64,000 bases of DNA, taken from Eledone cirrhosa (lineage: Eukaryota). Below the pieces are notes generated by a model. That model had not been told where the DNA came from and did not search any database. It was given only the letters and a program-made list of their open reading frames with translations. Shown here piece by piece: positions 43,253 through 56,530 of this stretch; position 1 is the stretch's first letter, and every line of letters starts with the position of its first letter. The position numbers were made by a program, and so were the translations under genes. The stretch covers positions 23,746,001 to 23,810,000 of the forward strand of contig OZ024742.1 of the NCBI GenBank assembly GCA_964016885.1. Reading direction: 5' to 3'.

Positions 43253-44257
43253 TTTCCGGATTTGCGTAGGTTAGTATATATGAAAACTGTAAGTTTCTAC
43301 ACAAAACGAAGGTTATAGAGAAAATTGAGGTTGGTAATGGCACATGGAATATATAAGAGACAGAATACTTTTTTATGAAAAAACATATCATTTTATAAGG
43401 TAAGGAAAGAATAAAGGGTATAAAAAATGACCGGTTTCGATGGGTCTGCAAAAGCCATCTTTTCAAATGTTGATTAATATTAAGAAAAATAAATAATAAG
43501 AAGAGTTAAAAATGAGCAGCCATATTGCGAACTGCGCAGGAATGACACTACCCAACTTTAAAATCTTCCCCTTCTACAAGTGCTCAGATTCGTTCACACA
43601 GCAACAAAGAATAAACAAAGAAAATCTACTCCTTAACAAATTTAAACCAAAACTAAACGGGTTATCACCCCAATAGAATTGTCATAAAATATAAACACAC
43701 ATACGCACGGAGTGACAGATATATGTGTGTGTATCTGTGCATGTATATAATTATCACTACTATTAAAGACCAGAGACAAATTCTGTAGAATCAGGTTTAT
43801 TTTTTGACAGACCATGCCTTTGTGTGACCAACACATCCATGTTAAACCCTGCACGTGCACACACATATATCTATATATATATATGCGCACACAGAATTCA
43901 CCACTGTCGGTTGCGGGGCCCAATCTACATGAAGAACTCAAAGTGATCAGAATGACTTGTGTTTTAATTTCACTGTTCTAACTTCTTATATTATGGAAAA
44001 AATATGTGTATGTATGTATATATATATATTTGGAGGCCATTTCTCTATGTGTGTGGGTGTATGTATGTGTATGTGTGTGTGTGTATGTGTGTGCATGTGG
44101 ATGTATGTATGTGTATGTGTGTGGGTGTGTGTGTGTATGTATGTGTGTATCTGGAAGTATGTGTATGTATATATATGTGTGTGTATGTGTATATATGTGT
44201 GTGTGTGTGTTTGTATGTGTGTATGTATATATGTGTGTGTGTGTATGTATGTGTGTG

Positions 44258-44294
<37 letters not shown>

Positions 44295-44654
44295 ATGTAT
44301 ATGTATATGTATGTGTGTGTGGATGAGGGTATGTGTATATATGGGTGTAAGTGCACTAAATCCCTTTCTATCACTCTCCCCTCTCCTACCGACCACATGG
44401 AGATGCATGTATGTATATTGCTTTCACTCCCTCACTGACCAGCAGCTGGCCATCTAGCCATTGCTAAATCTGACCTTGAAAAGAACCACTCCCCACAAAT
44501 AATTCCTCATTCACTGCCAGAAGGGGACACACAGCAGTCAGCTTGCTGCTACCAAGATGAAAACTACTATGAAATCACACACTGAATTTTATACTTGAAT
44601 TTTCAAATCTCAAATTTTAACTCTTCTTATTATTAATTTTTCTTAATATTAATC

Positions 44655-44702
44655 AACATTTGAAAAGATGGCTTTTTCAGACCCATCGAAACCGGTCATT
44701 TT
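44655..44702 (+). ncRNA. Hammerhead of PLE2 pLTR, U3-A8 core; other copies at 38572-38619(-) and 43424-43471(-)
   Basis: AACAT-TTGAAAA-GATGG-CTTTTTCAGAC-CCATC-GAAA-CCGG-TC-ATTTT. The site is GUA in the 38572 copy. Confidence 0.7.
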
Positions 44703-44804
44703 TTATACCCTTTATTCTTTCCTTACCTTATAAAATTATATGTTTTTTCACAAAAAAGTATTCTGTCTCTTATACATTCCATGTGCCATTACCAACCTCA
44801 ATTT

Positions 44805-44861
<57 letters not shown>

Positions 44862-45294
44862 TGAAATGCATGTGGCCAGTAGATTCATGACAATAAATAA
44901 CTAAATTTACTGCTATGTTGAGTTCACAATATTTTGAAGTTTAAAAATAGTATGGTAATTTATGATCCCATACGATACAAGTAAAAGATATTATTAATGT
45001 CTAAAGGATTTCACGCTCCTAAGAGTTCAATGTACACATTTATATCTGAGTGAAAAATTGTTATAATCTTTTTGCAGCCATAGACTCTTAAATAATTAAT
45101 CGGAACATTGCACTTGTATAGTTTTTCATTTCGCTGCTTCAAGATCAAAAATGGATGTTATCTGAATACAATCTCAAGCAGTCTTGTCATTCTGATACTT
45201 CTGACGGCGGCGTGGAGCTATATTCAGAATACGTATTTACATTTCAACAGAGTGGGACATTTAAACGTAAATCGTATTAACTGATTGTGGATTG

Positions 45295-45830
45295 GGAGAC
45301 AAATATAAGGTAGAGATTACAACCCTGGAGAAAGATTCGGTCGAGATCTATAGACATAAGGGAGAGTTTACAGTCCGGGGAGAAAGGACCGGTCGAGTTT
45401 ATAGAGATAAGGTTGAGTTTACAACCCTGGGGAGAAAGGAAAGGTCACATTCTATAGATATAAAGGGGTGTTTACAGCCCGGGGGAGAAAGGACCGGTCA
45501 TATTCTATAGGCATAAGGAGGAGTTTACAACCCTGGGGATAAAGGACCGGTCGAGTTTATAGACATAAGGGGAAATTTATAGCCCGGGGGGAGAAAGGTT
45601 ATGTCGAGTTCTATAGACTTAATGGGGAGTTTACAACCCTGGGGAGAAAGGTTCGGTCGAGTTCTATAGACATAATGGGGAATTTATATCCCGGTGGGGG
45701 AGAAATGACCGGTCGAGTTCTATAGACATAAGGGAGAGTTTACAACCTGAGGGAGAAAGGTTCGGTCGAGTTCTATAGACATAAGGGAGAGTTTACAACC
45801 CGGGGGAGAAAGGACCTGTCTAGTTCTATC
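45295..45830. repeat. ~53-bp minisatellite, ~10 diverged copies
   Basis: Unit approximately CTATAGACATAAGGGAGAGTTTACAACCCTGGGGAGAAAGGACCGGTCGAGTT. Confidence 0.9.
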
Positions 45831-45932
45831 TCATTTATATCATTTTCTGTTCTATTTATACCAATATTGTTTAATACTTATTATCAATGTTGCTTTTCAT
45901 AAAAATACGCTTCCATTTTAGTATTGTTAATG

Positions 45933-46370
45933 TTGGCAGAATTATTAGAACCTCGGAGAAAATGCTTTTTGTGGCATATGATCGGGTAATTTACATTCCG
46001 AGTTCAAATCCAGCTGAAGTCAAGTTTGTCTTTCATACTTTCGAGGTCGACATCATAAAGTAAGACTTAAGTACAGGGGTCGGTATAATCAACTTTCCTC
46101 TTCACACAAACTGCTGACTTTGTGTTGAAGTTAGAAATCATTATGGTTAATCTTGGTAGATTTCAGATTTGTTATTACATCGGATAAAATTATTTGTGCT
46201 ATTTTTTTCTGGTTCTTTAAATTCCGAGTTCAAATAACATTGAGTCAGGTTTGTCTTTCATACTTGCAGAGAATAGCATAAAGTCCCACTTTAGTACAGG
46301 GGTCGATTTAATCAACTTAACCTCTCCTTAAATGTCTGACCTTGTGCCTGTTGATTTAGAAACTATCAAT
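45933..46370 (+). mobile_element. Two tandem old family A-like SINEs
   Basis: Two copies of CCGAGTTCAAAT...TTTGTCTTTCATACTT...AGTACAGGGGTCG. Confidence 0.65.
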
Positions 46371-48169
46371 AATTTGTTTATTGTTGTACCTATAAATCAA
46401 AGGCCAGTCTTGTCACAGTCTGTGTCATGTTGAATCTCCCTGAGAATTACATTAAAGTTACGTTTGTCTGGGGAATGCTCATTTAGTTACACGTTAATCT
46501 TTGAACAACATCACACCTCTTCGGGGATCCACAACTCTCCTCGGTAAGAGGTCAGACTAATATATTGTTTTAAGATTTGATCCCGTAAATTCGAGACGGC
46601 CTTTATGTATATTGAGCAATTTGAAAGAATATGATGGTGAATATAAGCAGAGGGAATGAGGAGGAGCAGAAGGAGAAGAAGACAAAGAAGAAGAAGAAGG
46701 AAAAGCCGACGAAGAAGACGACAAAGAAGATGAAAACGAAGAAGACGACAACGATGATGATGATGAAGACGATAAAGAGTATGACCGCAACGGAGACGAA
46801 GATGACTACGATGATGATGATGATGATGAAGATTTCGTAACACTATCCATAATCTTTTCTATTCACCTCTACGTTTTTCTTCATTAACATTTATATCAAC
46901 CTCTCATATTGAAACAGAATGTTCTATGGATTGAAGTTTTACAGACAAAAACTAATATAAATTCTTCGCTATCTGATATTCATGCTTGCAGAGACCAGTT
47001 TTAGACAAAGAATTTTTATATTTACATAGAGATATTAATAATAACGGTGTTGTCTTTATTTATACCTAACTACTATGTATAGTTTGTTCGTGGCGCCTCT
47101 GGGGAATATCATATGGATGATATAAATCCATCTGTGTAATAGGCATGGGAAATATCATTTATTCTGGAATCTGACGTTTTATTTATGAAGTAAATTCTTC
47201 AACAAAGACAGTGAGAATGTTGAAATGTTCTTAGAATACTTCCTATTGTTAAGTGATACTGGCATATTTCTACCAAGATGACTTGGAGAATATTAGCGTA
47301 TTTAAGACGAATAGCATTTTCCGACAGTTCTTGAATGCTTTCAGTTTTCAAATAAAGCTACACGAAACATATTGAAATCAATAGCAAGAAGTGTCTAATT
47401 TGCGTATCCGCTACAAACCTCATAACTGTTAGAGTGTGTAACACTTTAAGAGCTGTAATAATGAATGCCATTTCTTACATAAAGTGAACCAACAACTACA
47501 TTTATATGGTCTTGGACATATAACCAAATATGTATAAGTTCTATCGCAAGGCCTTAAGTATATGTCTGTGGTGTTAACATGTGAACAAAAATCAACACAG
47601 AAAATCCAACTAGCTGTAGTTTAGGCACTAGAAGTGATAACACACACTAATGTACATCGTGGGAACCCCGTGGTATTAATGAGCAATTTGATTACATAGC
47701 TGGATCAAGTTCATATCCGTCTCATCTGTAGGAAGCTATCTACTATATATCCGTGTCTTATACTGTCTCTTTTTTTTTCTTTTTTCTTTTTATTTCTGTT
47801 ACGTCACTTTCTTAATTACGCCTTCTTCATTCTGTCCGCATGGGCTGTGGGGATGCCAGCACGTGGGACCCTATTTGCCCACCATACAGGGAGGTGGGGA
47901 GGGCGAGAGAGATTGAGGCAATGCCAGTGGGAGTTTGGCTGTTCTCTCATGTTTACTTAGGTATCCACTAGAGATAAATTATTGTTATTTTACATCGATG
48001 AATTAAACGTCAACAGAAGAAACATAACCAATCGGCCTCAATGTTTCAGAGTTGCACTCCGTCAGGTCACCCTTAACTATAAGCCCGAATGTCAAGCTGT
48101 GCCATTACCACCATCGTTCTTACTCCAGCGCCCCAAGCCAGTGAGACTTAGAAGAACGCGGCAAATATC

Positions 48170-48540
48170 GACAGATAGCTAGATGTATTCCATCAAATGT
48201 GCTTCAGAAAACTCGTGAAGGTCAACTGGCCTGACTGAATAACAAATGAAGAAATCCCGAGGAGAACAAATCACGACAACAGCTATTAAATAATTACGGG
48301 GCGAAGGTTCCGCCGGGCTGGTCCAGTTTACTCGATCACCAGCATTCGAAAACAGTAATTACACTTTAGGGAAGCAAGCAGAAATATGGCAAACCGAACA
48401 TCAACCGGCGTCGGACATTTAAAGATGAAGGAGGCATCACTGCTTGGAATTGATACGAAAGAGGAGCAGCAGTAGATCGTGCGTGTTGGAGTATGGTTGT
48501 CAAACAAAGCGCTATCTAGCGCAAGAGGATTTAAGACTAC
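48170..48540 (+). mobile_element. Decayed LINE 3' fragment (RTE-like)
   Basis: Remnant translation LDVFHQMCFRKLVKVNWPD*ITNEEI. Confidence 0.55.
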
Positions 48541-49326
48541 GACTAATATACTATCTTTATTAAAGTCACATGAGACAGCCGTTCTATTATAATTTCAGAT
48601 ACCGCTCTGAGAATTACGTTAAGGTTACACGTGTGTGTGGAATACGCAACCAGGTGCAGGGTAATTTATGGTCATACGGTTTCGTTGATCAACAACTAAA
48701 ACCCACGTCGGCAGATCCCCGAGGTACCTTCCTATATCATCGTCACCTTTGTTTTATTCAATATAATATTAGCAGTAGAGAATTCTGGTTACCTTGTCCC
48801 TAGGACCACCTCCCTACAAGTTACCATCGCCACGGGGTTGGCTAACCGTAGATGTGAGCCTCGTGAGATGGAATAGCTCTTCTAATGCGTCCCCCACCAT
48901 CACCCATGGAAACGCCTTCTCTATTCTGTACACCGGGGCCGCGGTGCGGTCAGCGCATGGGCCCCATCTGCTTATAATAGCGAGAAATGGGAAGAGAGAG
49001 ATGGAGGCAGTGAGTGAAAGAGAGAGAGAACATCAACACTTATTTAGCAGCACATATCACCGTCTTATTTGTTTTAGAACAGTAAAATATAGTAATTTCT
49101 ATAAGTGTTAAATGTTATACTCTGAAATTGTCCAGCCTTCAAATGATAGAATCTCCTTTCTTTCAATATTATATTTCCTATTCATGCTGTGTACACTCTA
49201 ATAAAATATAGGTCTTGGTAAAATGGAGTGGCAAGGAATCTGGGGTAACGTCGGTGTAAAATCTCTGGTTCTAATCATTGATGCTATTAACACTACGTAA
49301 TAAGTTAAACAGACTTACCTTACGGT

Positions 49327-49361
<35 letters not shown>

Positions 49362-49438
49362 ATACATATTCTCCCATATACAGAAAGTGATAAACATTTA
49401 TTCATATATAGGAACTTACACATGAAAAAATGAATGTT

Positions 49439-49484
<46 letters not shown>

Positions 49485-49552
49485 CCTGTGAGCGTGTGAG
49501 TGTGCGAGTCTACGCTCCAGAGCGTGAGTGTGCATTAATGCATGCATAGTAG

Positions 49553-49612
<60 letters not shown>

Positions 49613-50011
49613 TATAAAGTACAAAATATACAATATTACATATTTATAATAATAATTCTCATAATATATCGATTTCCAGCAGTGAAGAGCGAAAAAATCT
49701 ATAATTTTCAAAATGTATTTTTATAGAAGATATTAGAATCTTCTATAGACATGCAACCTGTAACGTCATTGTTGCATATTTTACACTGTTTTTGCATGCA
49801 CACTGTTTTTGGTAATTTGCATCATGTGATAATAATCCATTTATTATAATTATTTTTTACATGATACATCGGAACACTTGCACTTCCATTCACCACATTA
49901 CATTCATTCACACACATACAGATGTACTACCACAATCATATACATGCATACACATGTTCATATACATGTATACACATGTTCACATTCATTGACACGCACA
50001 CATACCGGTAT

Positions 50012-50095
<84 letters not shown>

Positions 50096-50581
50096 CTTTA
50101 CACACAAACACGTGAACACTTACATAGAAACATACAAAGATGGATATGCATGAATATGTGTACATATATTTACCAGCATACAGATACACACAAACATTTA
50201 TACTGATATGCCTTCTCTGTGTATGTGTGTATATATGTACATATTTATATATATATATATATATACATATGCCTGTGTATGTATATATATATATATATCA
50301 TGTAGCATACTGAGAGAAAGTAAGGTACATCGATAGATAAACATATATTTAAAAAGGTACTCGATTGTGTTGTTATTTCTGTTTACCTTTTATATATATA
50401 TGTATATATATATATGTATATATATATATATGTATATATATATATGTGTGTGTATGTGTGTGTGTGTGTGTGTGTATTATAACTGCCACTTCTTTACAGA
50501 TAAATGCCACACACACACGGACACCCACACACATATATATATATATATTTATATGACTTTCCTCTATAAAGAAGTGGCAGT

Positions 50582-50637
<56 letters not shown>

Positions 50638-51368
50638 GAGAGAGAGAGCAAGAGAGAGAGAGAGAGAGAGAGAGTGGGGGGGGGGGAGAGATGTTAATAC
50701 ATCATATATTATTTATTCGCATATATACTGCCATGATACAGATTTGCTCTATGCTCTACTTTCAACTACACACTGCTCACACTTAATAAAATATTTCTCA
50801 AACTTTCTCCTTCACATTACTATTCTCTCTATCACGTAAACACAATCACCATTTGAAATCTTTTCTCTGATTCTAGCATTTTTTTGCCGTTACCTTCACA
50901 CCTTAACCTTCAGAGATAGCACCCATTACTATAAATCACCTTCTTATTTTTTCCCCCGACATGGTTAAGGGTAGATTTTCCAAAACGTTCGACCTTCGGA
51001 CATGATAACGTATGGTTATTTATTTTCGACTCCTTCCATTCCGAGTTCAAATACTGCAATTCCTACAACCTGTATGGTAGACTTTAGCGGAGTTGACTCT
51101 ATTGCAAGCATTCGGATTAGGTTATATATATACCTTTCCTCTCTCCCCACTCGTCTCGTAGGCCTTGAAAGATATGTTGAATATTCTATTTCTCTGCCAC
51201 CTGATCGATCACCCCTACAATTTCCTTCCAAAGAGATAACATTGCTGGAGATTTGCTTTTACACCAACGTAACACACCTGCAAATCATTAATCACAAGAG
51301 ACATGCTGTTACTTATAACCACATATACATCTATACAGGTGATACTTCCTTCACTTTTATGATAATTG

Positions 51369-51806
51369 TTTCTACTTTTGGCAAAAGGCTAGCAATTATC
51401 TCAGTGCATTACTGGTACTTTATTTTATCGACCCCGTAAGGATGAATGGCAAAGTTAACCTCGGCGGGATTTGAACTCAGACCATGCTTTGCTGCAAAGC
51501 ATAGCGTCCGTCCCTCTACCGATACTGCCAATCCACCGCCCTAGCATGGCGTCCGACCCTCTACCGATACTGCCAATCCACCGCCCTAGCATGGCGTCCG
51601 ACCCTCTACCGATACTGCCAATCCACCGCCCTAGCATGGCGTCCGACCCTCTACCGATACTGCCAATCCACCGCCCTAGCATGGCGTCCGACCCTCTACC
51701 GATACTGCCAATCCACCGCCCTAGCATGGCGTCCGACCCTCTAACGATATTGCCAATCCACCGCCCTAGCATGGTGTCCGACCCTCTACCGATATTGCCA
51801 ATCCAC
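51369..51806 (-). mobile_element. Family A SINE with its 45-bp head amplified about 7 times (51498-51806)
   Basis: Unit AGCATGGCGTCCGACCCTCTACCGATACTGCCAATCCACCGCCCT is the reverse complement of the SINE 5' end seen at 11336. Confidence 0.9.
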
Positions 51807-52152
51807 AGCTTTTTTATGATAATATTTCCAATATACATGTCATCGACACAAGGGCTGTCTCTTATACTCTACTTTCTCTCAACAGTGTTTTTGTCTGAAA
51901 TATCCGTCAAAGAGGACAGGAAAATTAGTTCCCAATACGGCATGTATCAAACTAAACTTTACAGCTCACCGTCTCTGGTTCAATAGAGTTTTCAGGGTGT
52001 TTGTAAGCCTGGAAAATTGCTGCATACAAGCCGAAACCGCTAGGTGTCCACGTCAGGTTTATATAGTTATTTATACCCACTCTGCTCATTCCAATGCATA
52101 AATTACTACTTCGATTTGCACTCTCCCCGGTCTCGGCACCGCAGACATTTAA

Positions 52153-53232
52153 TCTACATATATAAAACAGAGGGTGTATGTCTGTGTAAATCCCTAAAAC
52201 TCAAGAAGTACCCGACCGATTTTATTCAAACTTTACACATGCGTTACTTCTATTTCTTGAAGAGCAATGGGCTAAAACAAATTTAACTTTTTCTGCCCTA
52301 GGGCCGGATTTCGGCGACAAATCGCATTTTAAAGGCGTTTTTAGGTTTTGTGAGGCATAACTTAAAGATAATCCACCCGATTTCCTCGAAATTTGCAGCA
52401 CACATTAGTTGGTCCTCCTCCATTGCTGTGGACAAGAACAATTCCGATTCCATTAATGGTTTCTAGGAAATGTATGCATTAGCATCGGGCATTACATGTC
52501 ATTTTCATTTTCAATATAAATACTACTTAAACATCGTAAGTAGCGTATAATATATCGTTTATTTAACAGAGGGCACATCAATTACTTACTTTTAAGCAGG
52601 ACGATTTTTAGGGGATTGAGAAAATGAGAAGGACCTTAAAATTTCAGTCAGCGCCCTGTTCATGGTGACCCCAACAATAACGCCGAAGCGTTCGGCATCC
52701 GATATAACAGTTCGGTCCATATCAAATTATGAAGATTTACGAAGAGGCTAATGGTTTCCTGTGGGGAAGGCCCAACATGTGCGTTTGCATGACATGTCTT
52801 ACTCAAGCATTGCAAGCTTTACTCTGTACAGTATGCATGCAGGTGCAATAGACATAACTGATGATGTCTGTCCAGATGACTGGGTGCGAATCTATAAAAC
52901 TCGAAAAGTACCTAACCGATTTTCTCCAAATGGAAGAAAAATCAACTCTAAGATTTAATATGCTTAAAGAGTATCCAGCTGATTTTCTTCAGATTTTGCA
53001 CATGCATGCAGATGTTTCACGATTCGGCCTGCTGGTGTTCTACGTTTCCAATAGATGAACATTCATTCCCTGAGAATAAGGGAATTCAAAAAGTACACAG
53101 CTACATTCCTCAATCTTTGCATATGCGTGTTGCTGCAGGGTCTTCCTGTTAGTATTATATATAAGAAGGCGGTTCATTGAATAGGAATTTCGAGACTATA
53201 AATAGGTAGTAACGTAACCACTACCATACTAG
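52153..53232 (+). mobile_element. Non-autonomous Helitron
   Basis: Starts A|TCTACATATATAAAA; subterminal hairpin GGTAGT/ACTACC (53205-53225); ends CTAG|T. Confidence 0.65.
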
Positions 53233-53448
53233 TCGATACATCGATCTTCCATAATCAATCGACCCTCTGAAACGATCGTAACTAATTAACAACCTACCTC
53301 TGACTTCTGTCTTGTTTTCATTTTTCTTTACACAAAAATACACACATATATGTGTGTGTGTGTGTGTTTGTGTGCGAAACAACAAAGCAAATGACACTGT
53401 ACAATGAAGAAATATAATAGTTTAACACTTAATATATTAGGAAAACTG

Positions 53449-53484
53449 TCTTAACGTTTCGGCCACAAGTACTTCGTCAGAAGA
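53449..53484 (-). ncRNA. Minimal hammerhead with eroded stem II
   Basis: TCTT-CTGACGA-AGTACTTGTGGCC-GAAA-CG-TT-AAGA; palindromic ACGT. Confidence 0.6.
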
Positions 53485-54175
53485 TAGAATGAGAAATACA
53501 AGATGAAACAAAGATAGAGAGGCAAGGGAAGGAAAATATTAAAAAACAAATCAACAACAAAAAATACGTGCGTTCACTCAGTCGTGAGAATGTGTGCGCG
53601 CTAGTACACACATACACGCAAATGTATTTGCTTTTTCCTACAATACATACACACAAACACATCGTGCCTGCTAATAATTGATTCTACTTTTGGCACAAGG
53701 TCAGCAATTATTCAGTACATTACTGGTACTTTATTTTATCGACCCCGTAAGGATGAAAGGCAAAGTTAACCTCGGCAGGATTTGAGCTCAGATCGTAAAT
53801 GGACGTAACTATGTGCAAAGCATGAGCGACCATCTACCGATTCTGCCAAATAATGGAATGTTAACTTACTCATTATCCTTGCTAGAAATACTACCAAATC
53901 TAATACAAAATACACCCTAAGGTCACATAGGATAGCATTGTCCAAAGAACACTTGTGCAAGATACCAGGCAGTGGGATTGAACTCGAGACCCAATTATTG
54001 AGAAGCGAACTTCTAAACCATTTCGCCGAACTGCCTTCACTTGAGGCTAGAAGATAATCAATTTCATTTTATTATTTCCTGAATATAGACTCAACACTAT
54101 AGGTGAGAGAGTATGGCAGTCTTGAGCTGTATATTATATTTATAGAAGAAGAAGAAGAAGAAGAAGAAGAAGAAG

Positions 54176-54206
<31 letters not shown>

Positions 54207-54307
54207 GTGTATAAAACATTAACTGCAATTTTATTATTATTTATATATATATATATATACGTTTACAATATATTAATAAATGGAAACTATATTTATAAAA
54301 CCATAAT

Positions 54308-54373
54308 TATTTTATTATATATATTTCAAGGGCGACCAAGGTAAAATATGATGCGCTTTCATCAGATAAAATA
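54308..54373 (-). ncRNA. Type I hammerhead, canonical core
   Basis: Stem I TATTTTAT/ATAAAATA (8 bp); CTGATGA; imperfect stem II AAGCGCATCA/TGGTCGCCCTT; GAAA; stem III ATATATAT; AUA site. Confidence 0.75.
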
Positions 54374-54999
54374 CAGATTTGTTTTATAAATAAATATTGA
54401 CATACCCGGAAAAAAGACAACCTCTACGGTTGAAATTCGCCGGATAGTGGAGATACTTGAGGGTGATATAAATTAGTGAGTGAGTATGCAAATGAGTGTC
54501 GGAAAAATTGAAAAAAACAACTGTTTATTTAAATTAAACTGTTGGAAGAAGATAGATGTAAAAGTTAGAGAGACGAAATAGATGTAAAGGGGAGAGAGAC
54601 AAAAAATTGAAAGAGAGGGCGATAAAGAGAATAGATAGAGAGAATTGAAAGAGAAAGAGAGAGATAGAAGAAAAAGAGAAAAGATATAATATTGAGAGAG
54701 AGTGAAGGAAAGAACAAATAATTGAGATGGAGAGAGAAAGAAAAAAAATATTGTGCGAGAGAGAGAAAAGAATGTTGAAAAAAATATTGGAAAAAGAGGT
54801 AGAAGGAGTAGTGAGAGGGAGGGAGAGGAAAGAGAAAGATGGGCGAAGTGAGAGAGGAAATAAGAAATAAATTTATATAGATGAGTAGTCACAATGTAAA
54901 CATATTATTCGTTATGTTGTGTTTATATTACTTATAAAGGTAAAGTTAAAAAATTAAGTTAAATTATTGATACGAAAACATTACAAAAGAGTATTGTTA

Positions 55000-56175
55000 T
55001 AATTCAGTTACAAATTTAACCAGAAATTTAATTAAAATTTAATTAGAATTTAATTAAATTTTAAATAATTACAATAAGATATATTACAAAAAGAGGTATT
55101 TAAAATTTATTAAGATGTACTAATACTATATAGGTTTAGATGGGTATTTTATGTTATAGGTTATAAATTATTTGAATGTATAATTATTTACATTGGAAAA
55201 AAAAACAAGTATAGTTTAATTGATTAAAGTAAGTTTGGCAAAATTGTATTTAGCCAGAGTTTATTAATAGTTTTTAAGTCAAATCTTAAACATCAAATAT
55301 TTATGAAGATTTACGAGAGTTTAGAAAGGAAAAATTATTTAATTAGCAGTATATATTAAAATAGTTTACAGTTTCGACTATAATTAGAAACTATAAAGGT
55401 TGAGATAATAAAAACAATAAGAAAGTTTAAAGGAAGTTAAAAAGGGATTTTATTTTAAAACCCAGAGGATTCAAGGATAGATAAAAATCACTACGTAAGT
55501 TATAAGAAGTTATAAAAATTCATCTTAAAATATAATTAAGATATGATTAAAATATAAGACATAATTATTGCACAAATATATAAAAATAATATAAATGATT
55601 GGATATATATGAAAATGTATAAGTATTAAAAATACATAAGTATTACAAATAGTTGGATATATAAGAAAATACATAAGTATTAAAAATAGTTGGATATATA
55701 AGAAAATACATAAGTATTAAGCATGTTTAGAATATGTAGGGGAAATGGAAATTCATATCTTTCAAAAGAACCCTTTAGAAATTTAATCATAAGTTTTACA
55801 AAAAATTCCAGGAGGTGTTTCGAAGGAATTTTTTTGAATTTTTCAAAGTATTTTCATAAAATAATTTCTGGAGAGTGCGATAATATAAGTACTAGAAAGT
55901 AAAGGTTTTAAGGAGTAAATTAAAATTAAAATTAATAAGTGTACTTTATATATTTAGGAAGGTTAGAATCTATATAATCTGAGGGAAGAGATTATAGGTG
56001 TTTGGATGGAGAAAAATGTTATGTAAGGAAGAATGAAAGCACCATGCTACACAGGTTTATCCACATTTTGTAGTCTTTGTGTAGAGGAAATATTCTTTAT
56101 ACTAAAATCTAAGAACTCTGTTAATAATTTATTTAGTTCTTGTAAACATCTGTTAAACTCAACTTTTAGATATAT
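55000..56175 (+). pseudogene. Highly decayed PLE1-type ORF; GIY-YIG C-terminus still readable
   Basis: 56036-56173 reads KAPCYTGLSTFCSLCVEEIFFILKSKNSVNNLFSSCKH, aligning with AKTYSTGMSHCGLCDLELLYILKN..LNN..CRH of PLE1. Left boundary is approximate. Confidence 0.6.
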
Positions 56176-56530
56176 ATATAAAATGTAATATATGTTCATT
56201 CTTCCTTACATAACGTTTTTTTTTCTATTTTTCTATTTTTTTCTATTGAAGAAGAAGAAGAAGAAGAAGAAGAAGAAGAAGAAGAAGAAGAAGAAGAAGA
56301 AGAAGAAGAAGAAGAAGAAGAAGAAGAAGAAGAAGAAGAAGAAGAAGAAGAGGAGGAGGAGGAGGAGGAGGAGGAGGAGGAGGAGGAGGAGGAGGAGGAG
56401 AAATAGAACAGAAAAAGAAGAAAATATAGAATAGAAAAAGAAGAAAAAAGAAAAAAAGGAAAAAAGAAAAAAAGGAAAAAAGAAAAAAAGGAAAAACAAA
56501 AAAAGAAGAAATATTAGACAGCCAAGGTTT

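Larger units (their letters stand above)
38432..44809 (-). mobile_element. Penelope-like element 2 (Neptune-like) with short 5' pLTR and 1.3-kb inverted 3' copy
   Basis: 38432-38650 is repeated directly at 43282-43511; 43517-44809 is the reverse complement of ~38467-39909; microsatellite flanks. Confidence 0.9.

Noticed and set aside
46631-46840. Acidic D/E-rich coding segment
   Set aside because: Degenerate GAN trinucleotide repeat without start or splice support.
47050-47740. Possible exon or zinc-finger pseudogene (RPYKC; CTTCCTACAG acceptor)
   Set aside because: No complete C2H2 pattern and frequent stops.
54890-56200. Mitochondrial insertion (NUMT)
   Set aside because: No recognisable mitochondrial gene; the readable part matches a PLE endonuclease tail.
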